A stretch of DNA of 64,000 nt from Octopus sinensis (Eukaryota): positions 55,552,001-55,616,000 of the forward strand of contig NC_042997.1 of NCBI RefSeq assembly GCF_006345805.1, read 5' to 3'. The translations under genes were made by a program, and so were the position numbers. Positions 26,784-41,271 of the stretch are shown piece after piece (the stretch's first letter is position 1; every line of letters starts with the position of its first letter). The notes beneath the pieces are model-generated. The model worked only from the letters and a program-made list of their open reading frames with translations, did no database searches and was not told the DNA's origin.

Positions 26784-28339
26784 CACACACACACATGCAC
26801 GCGCATACACACACATATATAGATATGTATATCTGCGTAGTGAAAGATAAGAGGGTCAATCATATAGATCAATGCGAAACACACGACGTGTGTCGACTAG
26901 ACTCAAAAACTTCAAGAATACAAACCATACAGGTCAGTGGTTAGGGCTAAGATGAATCAATATTTCCCTGGTATCCAGTATTCGACAAATCCAGAGGTAT
27001 ACAAGGGTTACTAGTACGTTAAATAACGAAGTTATATGTATTTCTGACCAAGTTCTTAGAACTTTTTTTGTGAATATAAGTGAAGATTTCATTCGGTGTG
27101 TAGCAGAGATAACATACAGAATGGTTTAACTTTAAAGAAGAATTTACAAATTTAGCGATTGCAATGTTGTTGCCTATAGTTATTTTGAACCTTTAGTTTC
27201 TACAAATTCTTTATTTTATCGATTTATTAAAAATAGAGATGGCGGCATTTTAACTCAGAACTTGAAGATACGTGACATGAAAGGGATAACATTTTTCCGG
27301 TACTCAAGCTAATTTCCACTTCATCCGACAGCGCTAACAATAATTTCTAATAGAAGCAACAGGTTATCGGTTTTATTGAGCCTCCATATTGAGTTGTATC
27401 CCTTTAGGTTCCGAGTTCAAAACCTGCCGACATACTGTGTTATTTTAAGTCTCTTTACATAATTTGCTACCCCTTGCACTATTTATACCCTGTACTATTT
27501 ATACCTAACAACGCAAGTATTGGTTCAAAATCTTTAGCCGATTTGTTCTCTAGCGATACTTGTCTCTAAGTGAATCTGACTCGCCACTACAATGTTCTCT
27601 TATATATTCCTTCTGTTTTCCAACAATATTCTTTTTTCTGTTTTTCTTTATTTTTCTCTTTTTATTTTTCTTTGACAGACTTTGCTGTCATAGAATCGTT
27701 AAAGTTACTTAGTTTCTTTTAAAGCCCCCACTCCTATTTCAATGTAATATTCTCCTTAACCCTCTCATTTCCATATATCACTTTGTTTTAGTATATTCTG
27801 ACGCGCATACACAAACACACACACACACACACACACACTCACTTTCTTAATCCTCTCCTATTCTATTTCGTCTGTGAATTTTTTTTGTTTTGATTTCCCA
27901 ATAGGTTAATATTTTTATCATATACATATATATATATATATATACACTTTCATTTTGAATATTTTACTTTATTTTTCACCATCAATATCTTCAACAAAGG
28001 AAAACAGCAACAGTAATAATAATTCTTTATAGCAACAACAAATTCTAACATTGGCAAGACCACGACATTTGGTGCCGGGTACGGTTAATCAAATTAACAC
28101 AAGTACTTGACTGCTGCTGCTGCTTGTTTTTATCATACCCTGGTGGATAAAATCTTAAGTAGACACCGGTGGGATTTGAACTCAGGATAGAAAAAATATT
28201 CTACTTAAAAGTTTCCGCCACAATTACATTTACACGCGCGAATTCAGATGAACACAGTTACAAGCATGAAATCTGTTTTAAAATGTACCTATTCCTTAAA
28301 GAGAGGAACTGAGATACAGAGAGTAGTGCTTTGCCTTTC

Positions 28340-28470
28340 CACTATAGGTGCAAGGTCTTAAATTTTGGAGAAGGGGTCCAGTTGATTACATCGATCCCAG
28401 TTTTTCACTGGTACTTAATTTATCAACCTCGAAAGGATGAAAGGTAAAGTCGATTTCGGCGGGGAATAGA
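28340..28470 (-). mobile_element. SINE family 2 fragment
   Basis: Reverse complement CCGCCGAAATCGACTTTACCTTTCATCCTTTCGAGGTTGATAAATTAAGTACCAG. Confidence 0.75.
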
Positions 28471-28777
28471 GCTTTACCTAAAAAACACGATAACACACCG
28501 GCATCAAATGTGAACACGCAGCTAATTGGCTTGCTATAGCACGAACGAATCTTGCAGCCTAGAACGAAATCCCCAAGTTGGTTGAAAACTACAGGCTCAT
28601 TGCTTGCCTAATCAAACTGTACACAAGCCGCACCGACTAATTCCTCTAGGATCATTGCGGGTCCAAACAACACAGTGACTAATGAGCAGGACGGTAGAAG
28701 AAATCTGGGGATGTGCCGAGCAACTTTTGATAAACAAAGTGGTGCTGTCTGAAATTATATATATATATATATAGTAG

Positions 28778-30590
28778 GAGCCTTGCAATACTATGGCTTG
28801 TTATAGGAAGGCATTTGATTCTATTCCCTACTCATGACTGCTACAGTTGGCAAAAGTGTCTGCTAATTAATTACTGTCATTGAGAGGCTCACAAAGACAT
28901 GGACAGAAATTCTAACACCTAAAACTGAGAGCAGAACGATCGACTCCAAGGTTATAGATATTTCAAAGGGGATATTCCAAGAAGATAGTCTTTCTGTAAT
29001 TCTGTTCATTTCCGCATTAAATCTATTATCATTCCTGCTGCAAAATTCAAATGGCTATATCTAGGGTCTGCAACTTCTAGAGATATTAGTGTAACCCATA
29101 ATTTATTTGTGGATGACCTCAAAGTTTATGACTGAAATGTTAACAATGCAAAAAAACCCCCCAAAAAACTGGAATTAATAACAACTTCAGCTGTCATAGG
29201 AATGCAATTTGGCCAAAAGAAGAGTTCATATTTAGCTGTTGAACGAGGATAATCAGTTACACAGACTCAAAACCTTATGCGTCAATGATCTCACCAACTG
29301 TTCTGTTTTATAAAAAAACATATCATACGAAGGTACTGTGAATAAACATAGTAACCGAGAATATTATGCCAGACGTAAAAGAATATAGCAGTCGTCACTT
29401 GCAATACAATAACACACAATTCATTTGTAGTACCATTCCTGATTTGAGATACTTGACTGGTTTGTGCAATACATCCACTTCATAGACGTTAAAACCGCAG
29501 GATTCTGACATCAACTGGAAATCTTCACAAAAGTAGGGATATCGGTAAGCTCTATCAAAGAAGAGATAAAGGAGGTGGAAGCTTGAGATCAATGCAGACG
29601 GACTTCGAATGTCGTATAGTCTCTCCGATAGCACTTTCTAAATAAAAGAAGTAAAAATAAGTATCGGTACATTAAATTAGTGCTGAAAAGCAAAGAGAAT
29701 AATATCCTACATATGGACGACGCGCTCCTCAGGAAGTATTCTCTTCATGATGATCTACTATACCGCCTCAAAACAGCCGTACTAATATATCTAAAAATGA
29801 CTTATAGGTGAAACACTCACCATGCCAAAATTAAAAATTAGAAAAAAAACAAAGACTTGATGGAGATAGTAGCATTCATATGAAGAGAAACCTGTCTTGG
29901 AATCGTGACCATTACATCACATTTCGAAGGCTATGCATTTGCGATCCAAGAACAGGAGATTGCTACTAAATACCTACAAAAGAAACAATGAAGCTCCAAG
30001 ATGCAACTTAAAATATAGATTATGCCATATTTCTGTGGAAGAAATCATGTGAATTATGTGATTAGTAGCAGCCCAAAAATGTCATCAAGGTGCCACCTCC
30101 CTATGCAACTTGACATTGTTGCAAAAATAATATATAATGCCATTTGGAAAAAATGTCTATCCTGGAATAAATATAGAGAATACATACACAAACATCAACA
30201 CAAAGAATACTGGCGAAACATTCCCATCAAAACATCTGTCAAGTGTAAACATAACCGGCTGGATATAGTTGTTTGAGAGAGAAAGGTAAATGTATGCACC
30301 GTCATAGAGATCAGATGTGAATATCTTTTTGAAAATTAAACAGAAAGAGAATAACTATGGACAATTGCTTCGAAACCTCCAGCTACTATATCCAGATTAT
30401 AAATCCATATTTATACCAACAGTAATTGGTGCAGTTGGTTTTGTGAGTAAATGCCTAAGTGACAATCTAGATAAGCTAGGGTTTTCAGGAAAAAGAAATC
30501 AACCAACAAATTCGCTCATAGAAGTACAATCTAAGGGGAACAGTGAAAATATACAAGACCTTTCTTGGGTTAAAAATGTCATTGATCTTG
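28778..30590 (+). pseudogene. R4/Dong-clade LINE relic, RT core to C-terminus
   Basis: KAFDSIP, GIFQEDSLS, HNLFVDDLKVY, FEGYAFAIQEQEIATKYL, VISSSPKMSSRCHLP, KHNRLDIVV, IFIPTVIGAVGFV. Confidence 0.88.
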
Positions 30591-31187
30591 TTATCTTCAT
30601 TCTAATGATGGAGCTGTGTATCTTTGTTAGAAACAATCTCCTTCTTCAGAGAAAGAATTTAACTAAGTAAAAACAGACGAGAACATGCTTATTATACAGA
30701 GGAAGAGTAAAATGGCGAGGCTGGCAGATTTACGGTAGAAAATAATATAATCCAAAGAGAAATCCCGAGGATGTTGTAAGGTAGAATCAACCCCAGCAGA
30801 ATTTGAACTACAACACAGTTGTATGCTCAGTTGTATGCACAGTCGAATGCTCCAGTTTCTCAGCTTTCTATAGCGACCTAAGAGATATGAACAAAAGGAT
30901 CAGTGACAAAAACATTCTATGAGATACAATGAAATGAATATTCCTCTTTGCAGTTAATTCCTAAGGAAGTCATTCCAATTGTTGTCCTGTTGTCTTAATT
31001 TCTCTGTTCCATTATTTAGCGTGTATATTTTACATTTGCATGATAAACGGTAAAACGTTGAGATTTCAACAAGAAAAACAAAACAAAAAGCAAAAGAAAG
31101 CCAACATATTAAAGGTAAACGTAAACACAGACACGCGCATTGCTGACTCATACATACAATGCATACACGCATACATACATACATACA

Positions 31188-31223
<36 letters not shown>

Positions 31224-32112
31224 TATATTTATATATATATATATATACATACATACATACATACATTCCTTAAAGTTATGTCATTACAACTGAGATAATT
31301 GAGTAGTAATAATTATCTCTATTTATTTATCATATTTTATTTCCGTTTAACTAATTATTGGCGAATATTAAAATACCCACTAATGAGCAGATCAAAATTG
31401 CGAACACAATTCATATTGCAGCTAACCACTTTTGGAAACATAACATTAGTGCCAGTGCTACAACTACAGTGGTCGCTGATGCAGATGATAATGATGATTT
31501 GGTTGTTGCTGTTGTTGGAGATGGTGGTGATGGTGGTGTGAGCTGTATTGCCGTCGACGTTGTCGCCTTCATATTTCTTGTTTGTTATACATTGTGATGC
31601 CACATTATGTTTGTGTATTTTTAAGGTTTTTATTTGTTGTTGTTTTTTTTTTTTTCAAACATGTCTTCTGGCTTTTGTGTTTGTTTTAGTCGATGTTCTT
31701 TTTATCATTTATATAAATTTTTGTCTTTTTTCTTTTCTTAAATATGAAATGGAAAATATGCGATGTGCGTGCACAGAAAGACAAATCTTATGAAAGATGA
31801 GTTATGAAATAAAGAAAGAATACGTTCTTTAATGAATGTGTAATTAACTAAAGATAACCGAGTTAGTTATTCTGTTTCACAATTAACAAATTTCAGCCAT
31901 TGTTTGTCTTGGCGGGTATATACTGCACTATTTTGCATATCTTGCTGCTGATAACTGCAGTCTCATTAGTGCAATGTTATCAAATCTATTCTTGGGGTAC
32001 TGCGTTCCATAATATATGCCTTCCTACTTCCAAGTTTTTGTATGTACTGACTTTTATACGTATGTATACACATACGATAACATATATACACATACATATT
32101 CATCTCTTTCTT

Positions 32113-32155
<43 letters not shown>

Positions 32156-32502
32156 TTATCTGTATCTATCTGTATTTCTTTTGTTCACATGCATGTGTGT
32201 GTGTATGCATGCGTGTATTTATGTACGTGCATGCGTTAGCGTGTGTGTGGTATGAATGTACGCATGCGTGTGTAAGTGGGTGAAAGTATACACACATATA
32301 ATACATATGTATATATAGATATACATATATATACAGACACACACACAAGCACACCTTTATATGTATGCATATGTTTATGTGATTGTTAGTCCGTGGCTGT
32401 GTGAGTGCGTGTACCGCAGTTACCCAAGGTACCATGCAGTGGGACTGAAACCGGAGCCATATGGTTGGGAAGCAAACTTCTTACCACACAGTCACGCGTG
32501 CG

Positions 32503-32540
<38 letters not shown>

Positions 32541-32564
<24 letters not shown>

Positions 32565-32774
32565 ATCCGAACAAGAAAGCACAAAAAACACAACAACGCG
32601 AGGATTTGGAACAAATATAGTATTATTGGGCGCTCAGGAAAGAAGGAAAGGAGAGTTTAACGTTTCGAGCGGAGCTCTTCGTCGGAAACATAGGAGAAGG
32701 AAAGATCCAGAGAAGGGAAGACAGAGGAAAAAAAATCGCCAACGGTACACACGAGGTCACATTTTGAAAGACCG

Positions 32775-32778
<4 letters not shown>
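32541..32778 (-). mobile_element. Solo PLE pseudo-LTR fragment (family B) with minimal HHR at 32655-32689
   Basis: Minus strand GUUU-CCGACGA-A-GAGC-UCC-GCUC-GAAAC-GUU-AAAC; homologous to 40503-40750; between (TA)n tracts. Confidence 0.75.
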
Positions 32779-32825
<47 letters not shown>

Positions 32826-33039
32826 ATATATATATACATATAAGAGGGATTACCACTATGTGGACACCACCCTAATGCTAGAAGTAGATCCGCTATGGTC
32901 TACCACTAAGAATTGTTCTCTAGAAAATTTACCGAACGCCAGAAACGTAAGCGAGTAAGACAAATGAAAAGTAACAAAAATACAGATTAATCATAATTTT
33001 TTCTTTCATTACATAATTCTGTTTTGATGACGCCGGCGT

Positions 33040-34050
33040 CCTTTGCATGCTTCAATAATGGCTCCACAGCATTTGTTACATACCGTTCTAAGCTGTTTTC
33101 CTCTGTTTCGATACAATCCTGCCAACTTATCAAACCTCACCGACTCCTTCTGGATAAGTATAGCCTATTGGTGTCACTCTTAAGGTGGATGGCTCCGTGT
33201 ACTGTCAACATTTTTCTTGACTTTGTATCCATTTTCATCAGTTCTTACTTTTGCCATTTTATTATTCCAGCTCCATACCGAAGTGATGCTATCACCGATG
33301 TATTAACTTCTTGGATTTTATTTCATCCGGTCTATTTTCAGCGCAGCACCAACGTCAGTCTTCGGAAATAATTCTATCCTCAGTTGATCTTTCATTTCCT
33401 TCTCCATCAACTCGTTGAAAATCTAGTATACCCAGGTATTAGTAGCCTTCCTTTCAATTTGTTCAATCAGTTCTCTATTCGGTAATTCTATCCCTGATAT
33501 TGAGGGTACCTTGCCTCTTTTTAGCAGCATACTGTAACAGGCCTCGTTTGCCATTTACCAAATACTCTGCCATGTTTCTTCTTTCACTGTTGCTGCACTC
33601 CTATACGCTAATCAGCTTACGTCCACCTTTACACCTCTTTATGTAAAACTTGTGTAAGTTCGCTTTATGGTGGAGGGCACCATGCAATGACGTTGTCTTT
33701 CGGGTTGTGCGATCGAGTTGTTCAATCTCCGCTCGTGTCACTTTCAGGATGGTTGCACTATAGTGGGATACAGCAGCATCCCATCTGTTGATGGCAGTCA
33801 CAAAGTTCCTTGAGTTGAGTTTTGATCTCAAGGTAAGTTGAGGTGCTTCAAATATACAGTGATGACCTTGTCTTTTATTTCTCTGTGCAAAATATTGTCC
33901 AGCTCCAGGATCTCAAGGTACTTGTACCCTTCATCATCCGAGTCTTCCATTCTCTCTCCGTTTGGCAATTTTATGCCCTTACAATCTGTTCCTTCAAAGT
34001 GAGCGCCGTGCACTTCAAGATACCGAATTCCATCCCTATATCCTTGTTGT
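33040..34050 (-). pseudogene. Two adjacent R4/Dong-like LINE fragments
   Basis: GYKYLEILELD, AINRWDAAVSHYSATI...LDRTTRK...LHGALHHKAN, and a second copy of the same region SLRYGAGIIKW...DTKSRKMLTVHGAIHLKSDTNRLYL. Confidence 0.8.
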
Positions 34051-34634
34051 ACATCACCTCGGATATGTTAAAAAGAAGAGGTAAAGGATAGGATTTATGG
34101 GAAAACTTCCTTTTAAGTTTATATCAAAGATCAGGATTTTAAATACGCTCGTCACAAACAAATTACACAATAGGAAAAGATCATTTCAGTTGGATTTCAG
34201 CTGTAAATTTGCGCGTGCACACTGCAAGAAATTACATAATTCACACAGAGGTTTTACCTAGAGTGTGTGTATGTGTGTGTGTCAAAGGAAGTTATTTTAT
34301 GGCATTCTTTCGTTTGAGGAAGCAAAGTTGTGAACTCGACATATAAAGGATCATATGATTGTTCATTAATTTCCGTAAAATTGTTATAATTTCTGTATGC
34401 TTCGAAGAGAGCAGAAATTGAAAGCGAGGATAAAGGGAAAAGGCGACATTTGCTTTGAAGTGAGAGGAGAAAGTAAAAGTGAGGAGAAAGTGTAAGATGT
34501 TCGTATATATGAAATGGACGTGTGTGTAACAAAGAGAGAGAGAGAGAGAGGGAGAGAAAGAGAGTGAGTGAAGGTATGTGTTGTTATGTATAAATTTTTT
34601 GCATGTATGTGTAAATGGCACTCACTCGCTCTCT

Positions 34635-34671
<37 letters not shown>

Positions 34672-35644
34672 TCACACACATATATACACGTACACGCACA
34701 CCAATCATTTTCGGCGTAACCCTAAACACCGGGAATGCGTATTCATTATCTTCGCCCATAAATACATCTTTTTTGTGCGTGAGAGAGAGAGAGAGAGAGA
34801 GAGAGACTGTATTTCCTCATAACATACAGAATGGATGTCTTTTAATGCAATTTTTTGGGTTGTGACTTATTTTTCTACAACATTTATGTATATATTTTCA
34901 TAAATGTTTGTCTGAGTAGAATTCTACGCATGTGTGAAACATCGGACGAAAGTGAAACACTAGAAACAAATCGAAATATCGTCCGAAACTGAACTCAAAA
35001 TTGTGCGATCCAGCCGAGATTATTTCATTGTAAAGAAGAGTTGTTGAGTCAAAAACATAGTTTATTTGGTAAGATAGATAATAACCAGCTTTCTTTTTTA
35101 TAATACAGATATGACTAATTCGGAGAAGCATTACTTTCATTATTTACTCATAGTCACTTTCGTAATGCATCACGTTGTAATTTTGGTCCAAAGTGAAAGT
35201 GTGAAACTATTTTCATTTTCTAATGAAACCTGCTCGTTGTTGAAAAGTGTATTTGAAATAACTATAGCTGATTGTTGAGATAGCGTAAAAAATATGTAAA
35301 TGAAATTAATGTTTATTTGGCATGTGTAATTGATTTGATGATTCTGGTCTTAACATCAGTTGGTAAGAATAGAAGTCATTTGACGACACCTTTTTTTTGT
35401 TGTTGGCTATCCTGTTGCAGGTTCAATCCGGGGAATATTGAAATGATACCCATCTTGTCCATTCCACAGACTAAGAGTATAGCGGAGAGCATGATAAGAG
35501 GGATGAATCTGTGAAACACATTTAAGGTTATCTGACTGAATCTTTTGATACCCCATACGTCAAAATCGGCAACTCGGTTTTGGAATACATAAGGAACGTA
35601 CGCATACAAACACACACACACATACACACACTCTTATATATATA

Positions 35645-35682
35645 TATATTATAGATAGATAGAGATAGATAGGTAGATATAT

Positions 35683-35747
<65 letters not shown>
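35645..35747. repeat. (GATA)n microsatellite
   Basis: Direct reading. Confidence 0.95.
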
Positions 35748-35748
35748 T

Positions 35749-35970
35749 TCTCTTTTACTCTTTTACTCTTTTACTTGTTTCAGTCATTTGACTGCGGCCA
35801 TGCTGGAGCACCGCCTTTTAGTCGAGCAAATCGACCCCGGGACTTATTCTTTTTGTAAGCCCAGTACTTATTCTATCGGTCTCTTTTTGCCGAACCGCTA
35901 GGTGACGGGGACGTAAATACACCAGCATCGGTTGTCAAGCAATGCTAGAGGAACAAACACAGACACACAA

Positions 35971-36008
<38 letters not shown>

Positions 36009-36178
36009 ATATATACGACAGGCTTCTTTCAGTTTCCGTCTACCAAATCCACTCACAAGGCATTGGTCGGCCCGGGGCTATAGCAGAAGACACTTGCCCA
36101 AGATGCCACGCAGTGGGACTGAACCCGGAACCATGTGGTTGGTTAGCAAGCTACTTACCACACAGCCACTCCTGCGCC
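35749..36178 (-). mobile_element. SINE family 1, young full-length copy
   Basis: tRNA-like head GGCGCAGGAGTGGCTGTGTGGTAAG...CCGGGTTCAGTCCC, internal (TA)/(TG) tract, tail with (TAAAAGAG)n. Confidence 0.92.
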
Positions 36179-36499
36179 TATTCTTTTATTTCATTATATG
36201 TAAACCTCCACATTTGATGTCTACCTTTATACCGTTCCCCCAATACTTCGCCCGGGTGGCAAATAAAAGAAATCATTGTTATTATTACGTAAGTTAATGT
36301 TTTTTAGCAACTTTATTCTCATTACAAAATGGTTGCCACTAAATCGAAAATACAATACGGTTATAAAAAATAATCTCAAAATCGATAATAGGAGTTCTTT
36401 TTTTCCTATTTTAACTTTAAGAAGCATGGAAACGATATTGAAAATAAATAATAACAATGATGATAAGGAAGAGGTTATTTTAAACCATAAACAGCGAAT

Positions 36500-36708
36500 G
36501 CATTTATTTACATATATATGTATTTGTGTATATACATATATATATACGTATATATATATATATATACGTATATATATATATATTAGATATATATATATAT
36601 ATATATATGAGTATGTGTGTGCGTGTGTATGCATATATGATATATGTATGTGTGTATGTGTGCACATATATATATATATATATGTATATATGTATATATA
36701 TATATATG

Positions 36709-36752
<44 letters not shown>

Positions 36753-36788
36753 ATGTATATATATATACATATATATACATATATATAC

Positions 36789-36840
<52 letters not shown>

Positions 36841-36846
36841 TATATA

Positions 36847-36898
<52 letters not shown>

Positions 36899-36950
36899 AT
36901 ACACATTTACATACACACAAATATATGCATATACACATACACACATATAT
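36500..36950. repeat. (TA)n-dominated compound microsatellite
   Basis: Direct reading. Confidence 0.95.
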
Positions 36951-37305
36951 ACGATACTACTACTGGATAGCAAAGGCTATATCTGAAGGTGAACGAGCTC
37001 TATATTGTATGCTACTACGTTCTTCACGGAATATACCATAACTAATACTGACAGAGACCAGGAAACCGGTCGAAGGAGCTTTTTACATTAGAGTACGGTA
37101 CTGAATCAAAGAATGGAGAAAGTTACGTCTCCTTGTTGACTCCAATTACTTCAATTACCTATTCACACACGTCACATGCTTAGACACAAACCTGGAAGTA
37201 AATATAATACTACTAGTGGATAACACAGAGTAAATCTGAAGGAAGGCAAGGTCAATATAGTCTATTACATTTTTACAGAAGACACCACAACTATATGTAT
37301 GTATG

Positions 37306-37354
<49 letters not shown>

Positions 37355-37415
37355 GATATGTATATATACGTATACATATATAATATATACTATATACATA
37401 TATATAATATATACG

Positions 37416-37446
<31 letters not shown>

Positions 37447-37464
37447 CGTATATCCATATATAGA

Positions 37465-37517
<53 letters not shown>

Positions 37518-37577
37518 GTATATAGTATATATATATATATATATATATATATCTATATATATATATATATATATATA

Positions 37578-39130
37578 ACGGGAAGCTTTATGAAAATAAA
37601 CAAAAGACGAAGGCAGGTGGAAAACAAACGAACAATTGTATAGTATGGCGCTCAGGAAATATAAATAAAACAAGTCTTTAACGTTTCGAGCCTACGCTCT
37701 TCAACAGAAAGATACACAGAGAGAGAAAAACACAGAAAGAAGGAGAGAAAAAAAATGCGTGCAGTAGCTAAACGATCAACATGGCGATCTGATTTCGGCC
37801 AGAGGTCAAAGATCAAACATGAGACGCGAGAGCGAAATAAGGGGAGATAATAGGGTTGATAATGGGTTGAGGGACCAGCAAAAGTGCGTGGGAGGGGTCT
37901 GGAATGTGTGTATGTATAGGGTTGGTGTATGTATTAGTATGTATAAGGGTGTGTGTGTGGTATGAGAGAGTATTAGTGCGTAAGATTGGTCTGACGTGCG
38001 TATGTATGGGGTTGGTGTATGTATTAGTATGTATTAGTATGTATTAGTACGTGTTGGTATGTATAGGTGTGGTGTGTGGTGTGTGTGAGAGAGAGTATAA
38101 GTGCGTATGCGGGGTCTGGACGTGTGTATGTATAGGGTTGGTGTAAGTATTAGTGGTACTGGTATGTATTAGTACGTATTAGTATGTATTAGTTGGTGTG
38201 TGTATTAGTATGGCACATCATGTGTGATGTGATGTGTAAAGTCATGTGGTGTAGTGAGGAGAAGAGGGGGAGGGGGGAAAGAGAAGAGGGGGGAGAGAAG
38301 GCGAGGGGGAGGAGGAGAAGGGGGAAGAGGAGAGGATGGGGGAGAAGGAAGGGGAGGAGGGGGGATGAAGGAGGAAAGAGGGAGAGGGGGAGCAGAGCAG
38401 AGGGAGGGGGGGAGCAGAGGGAAGGGGAAGAGGGAGGGAGAAAGAGGGAAGAAGGGAAGGGGAGTAGGGGTGAAAGGATGAAGGACTGAGAAGAAGTAGG
38501 GGTCGGGGGGAGAAAAGATAGGTTGAGGAGGGGGGGAGAGAGGGGGTTAGATGAGGAGGGGGGGAGAGTTGAGACCAAATGGCGTATAAGAGCGAAGAGA
38601 GAAGATTAATTCCTGTCACGGCGCAAACGGGAATCCGGATGGCCTCTGTGTAAGGACAAACCGAACACAGATAGGTGTTGCAAGGAGTGACCGGTGGAGC
38701 GGAAATGGCGTGAGACCGGTGTGTGTCGTTCGCAAGGTGGATGTCACGAAGGTGTTCCGCGAACCGGTCAGCCAAGCGGCGTCCCGTTTGTCCGATGTAC
38801 AAGGAATTGCAGAGAGAGCAAGAGATGCAATAGATAATATTGCTGGAGGTGCAGGTGAAGGAGTGGATGATGGGATAGGGTCGATGGTGGGTGCTAGTGA
38901 GGCGAGTGGTGTTGGAGAGGTAAGGGCAAGTGCGGCAACGTGGGCGGGAGCAGGGGAACGAGCCGGGTTGGGAGGTAGGGTCAGGGAAGGAGCTATGGAC
39001 CAAAAGGTCTCGAAGGTTGTGGGCTCGTTTGAAAGAGGGGAGGGGTCGGTTAGGGAAGAGGTGTGAAGTGGATGGGTCGGACTGGAGATGACGGAAAGCT
39101 CGAAGAATGGTGCGTTGGAGACGTAGGGTC
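37578..39130 (-). mobile_element. 5'-truncated Penelope-like element (Neptune-like): GIY-YIG, 3' UTR, pseudo-LTR with HHR-like motif at 37675-37712
   Basis: CSRPRCRTCPY...NIIYCISCSLCNSLYIGQTGRRLADRFAEH; nearly identical to 49750-51310. Confidence 0.93.
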
Positions 39131-39374
39131 AGACTATATTGACCTTGCCTTCCTTCAGATTTACTCTGTGTTATCCACTAGTAGTATTATATTTACTTCC
39201 AGGTTTGTGTCTAAGCATGTGACGTGTGTGAATAGGTCTACCAAATCCACTCACAAGGCATTGGTCGACCCGGGGCTATAGCAGAAGACACTTGCCCAAG
39301 ATGCCACGCAGTGGGACTGAACCCGGAACCATGTGGTTGGTTAGCAAGCTACTTACCACACAGCCACTCCTGCG

Positions 39375-39414
<40 letters not shown>

Positions 39415-39420
39415 TATATA

Positions 39421-39461
<41 letters not shown>

Positions 39462-39703
39462 CGCAGGAGTGGCTGTGTGGTAAGTAGCTTGCTAACCAAC
39501 CACATGGTCGGGTTCAGTCCCACTGCGTGGCATCTTGGGCAAGTGTCTTCTGCTATAGCCCCGGGTCGACCAATGCCTTGTGAGTGGATTTGGTAGACCT
39601 ATTCACACACGTCACATGCTTAGACACAAACCTGGAAGTAAATATAATACTACTAGTGGATAACACAGAGTAAATCTGAAGGAAGGCAAGGTCAATATAG
39701 TCT
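39131..39703. repeat. ~570-bp palindrome: flank segment plus SINE head on each arm around a (TA)n centre
   Basis: 39131-39378 is the reverse complement of 39459-39703; the outer ~105 bp also occurs at 37158-37263. Confidence 0.9.
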
Positions 39704-39912
39704 ATTACATTTTTACAGAAGACACCACAACTATATGTATGTATGTATGTGTATATATATATATATATATATAATATATATATAATATATATATGTGTGT
39801 GTGTGTGTGTGTGTATATATACGTATATGTAATATACGTATATACATATTAATATATATACGTATATACATATATATATATATACGTAATACATATATAT
39901 ATATATATACGT

Positions 39913-39957
<45 letters not shown>

Positions 39958-40000
39958 GTATATATGTATATAATATATATATTTATATTATATATATATA

Positions 40001-40184
40001 GGCGCAGGAGGGGGCTGTGTGGTAAGTAGCTTGCTAACCAACCACATGGTTCCGGGTTCAGTCCCACTGCGTGGCATCTTGGGCAAGTGTCTTCTGCTAT
40101 AGCCCCGGGCCGACCAATGCCTTGTGAGTGGATTTGGTAGACGGAAACTGAAAGAAGCCTGTCGTATATATGTATATATAATAT

Positions 40185-40219
<35 letters not shown>

Positions 40220-40489
40220 CTATATTATATATATATATATATATGTATATGTGTGGTGTGTGTATGTGTTTGTGTGTCTGGTGTGTCCCCCTAGCATTGT
40301 TTGAACAACCGATGCTGGTGTGTTTACGTCCCCGTCACATAGCGGTTCGGCAAAAGAGACCGATAGAATAAGTACTGGGCTTAAAAAGAATAAGTCCCGG
40401 GGTCGATTTGCTCGACTAAAGGCGGTGCTCCAGCATGGCCGCAGTCAAATGACTGAAACAAGTAAAAAGAAAAAAGAAAAAGAAAGAAA
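40001..40489 (+). mobile_element. SINE family 1, full-length
   Basis: Head, internal microsatellite and tail as in 35749-36178. Confidence 0.92.
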
Positions 40490-40502
40490 TATATATATAT
40501 AA

Positions 40503-40800
40503 AGTTAATCCAAACAAAAAAACAAAAAGACAACAACGCGAGGATGTGGAACAAATAGAGTATTATTGGTCGCTCAGGAAAGAAGGGAAGAAGGAGGGTA
40601 TGACGTTTCGAGCGGAGCTCTTCGTCAGAAACATAGGAGAAAGAAAGATCCCGAGGTGGGAGGAAAGAGGGGAAAAATGCAAGTGGTCTTCGCGAGGTCA
40701 CATACTGAAAAGGTGGAAGTGGTAAAAAAGAAGGAGCATGTTTTCAAAAACAGGAGAGCGGAATCAAAGAAGGAATGGTAAACGAAGGTGTGCGAGATGA
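40503..40800 (-). mobile_element. Solo PLE pseudo-LTR fragment (family B) with canonical-core minimal HHR at 40598-40632
   Basis: Minus strand GUUU-CUGACGA-A-GAGC-UCC-GCUC-GAAAC-GUC-AUAC. Confidence 0.78.
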
Positions 40801-41271
40801 CAAGGGTGTGTGTGTGCGTGTGTGTGTATGTTTGTATATGGTGGGCAGTGGCTAGTGGCAAGCAGCAGTTAGCGAGTCAGGAAGGCAGGTCAGAAACAGG
40901 GAGGAATGTGTGTGTGCGTGTATATGTCTCGTGTGTGTGTTTTGTTGTAGTATGTGGGTGTGTACGTATGCGTTTCTTTGTGTGTATGGCGAGTAACTGT
41001 GCTTAAGTAAGTGTATGTGTGGGTGTGTGTGTGTGCTTGTACGTGCGTATATGTATAATTGTGTGCATGTATGTATGTGTGCGTGCGTATGTGTGCGTAT
41101 GTATGTGCGTGTCTGTGCTTATATGTGTGTACGTATGTGTATGTGTGCGTGTGCGTGGAGGTATATGTGTCGGTGTGTATGTGAATTCGTGTGTGTTTGT
41201 ACGTGTGTAAGTGTGTGTGCGTGTATATATATATACGTATATATGTATATATATATATATACATATATATA

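Noticed and set aside
26852-26905. Hammerhead-like GAAAC-ACACGACGTGT-GTC
   Set aside because: Stem III and GUC are present but there is no CUGANGA upstream; at most a decayed remnant.
31900-32060. Signal-peptide-like ORF ILHILLLITAVSLVQCYQ
   Set aside because: No ATG start, the second Cys of CxxC is missing, and it runs into microsatellite; hydrophobic runs are common by chance in T-rich DNA.
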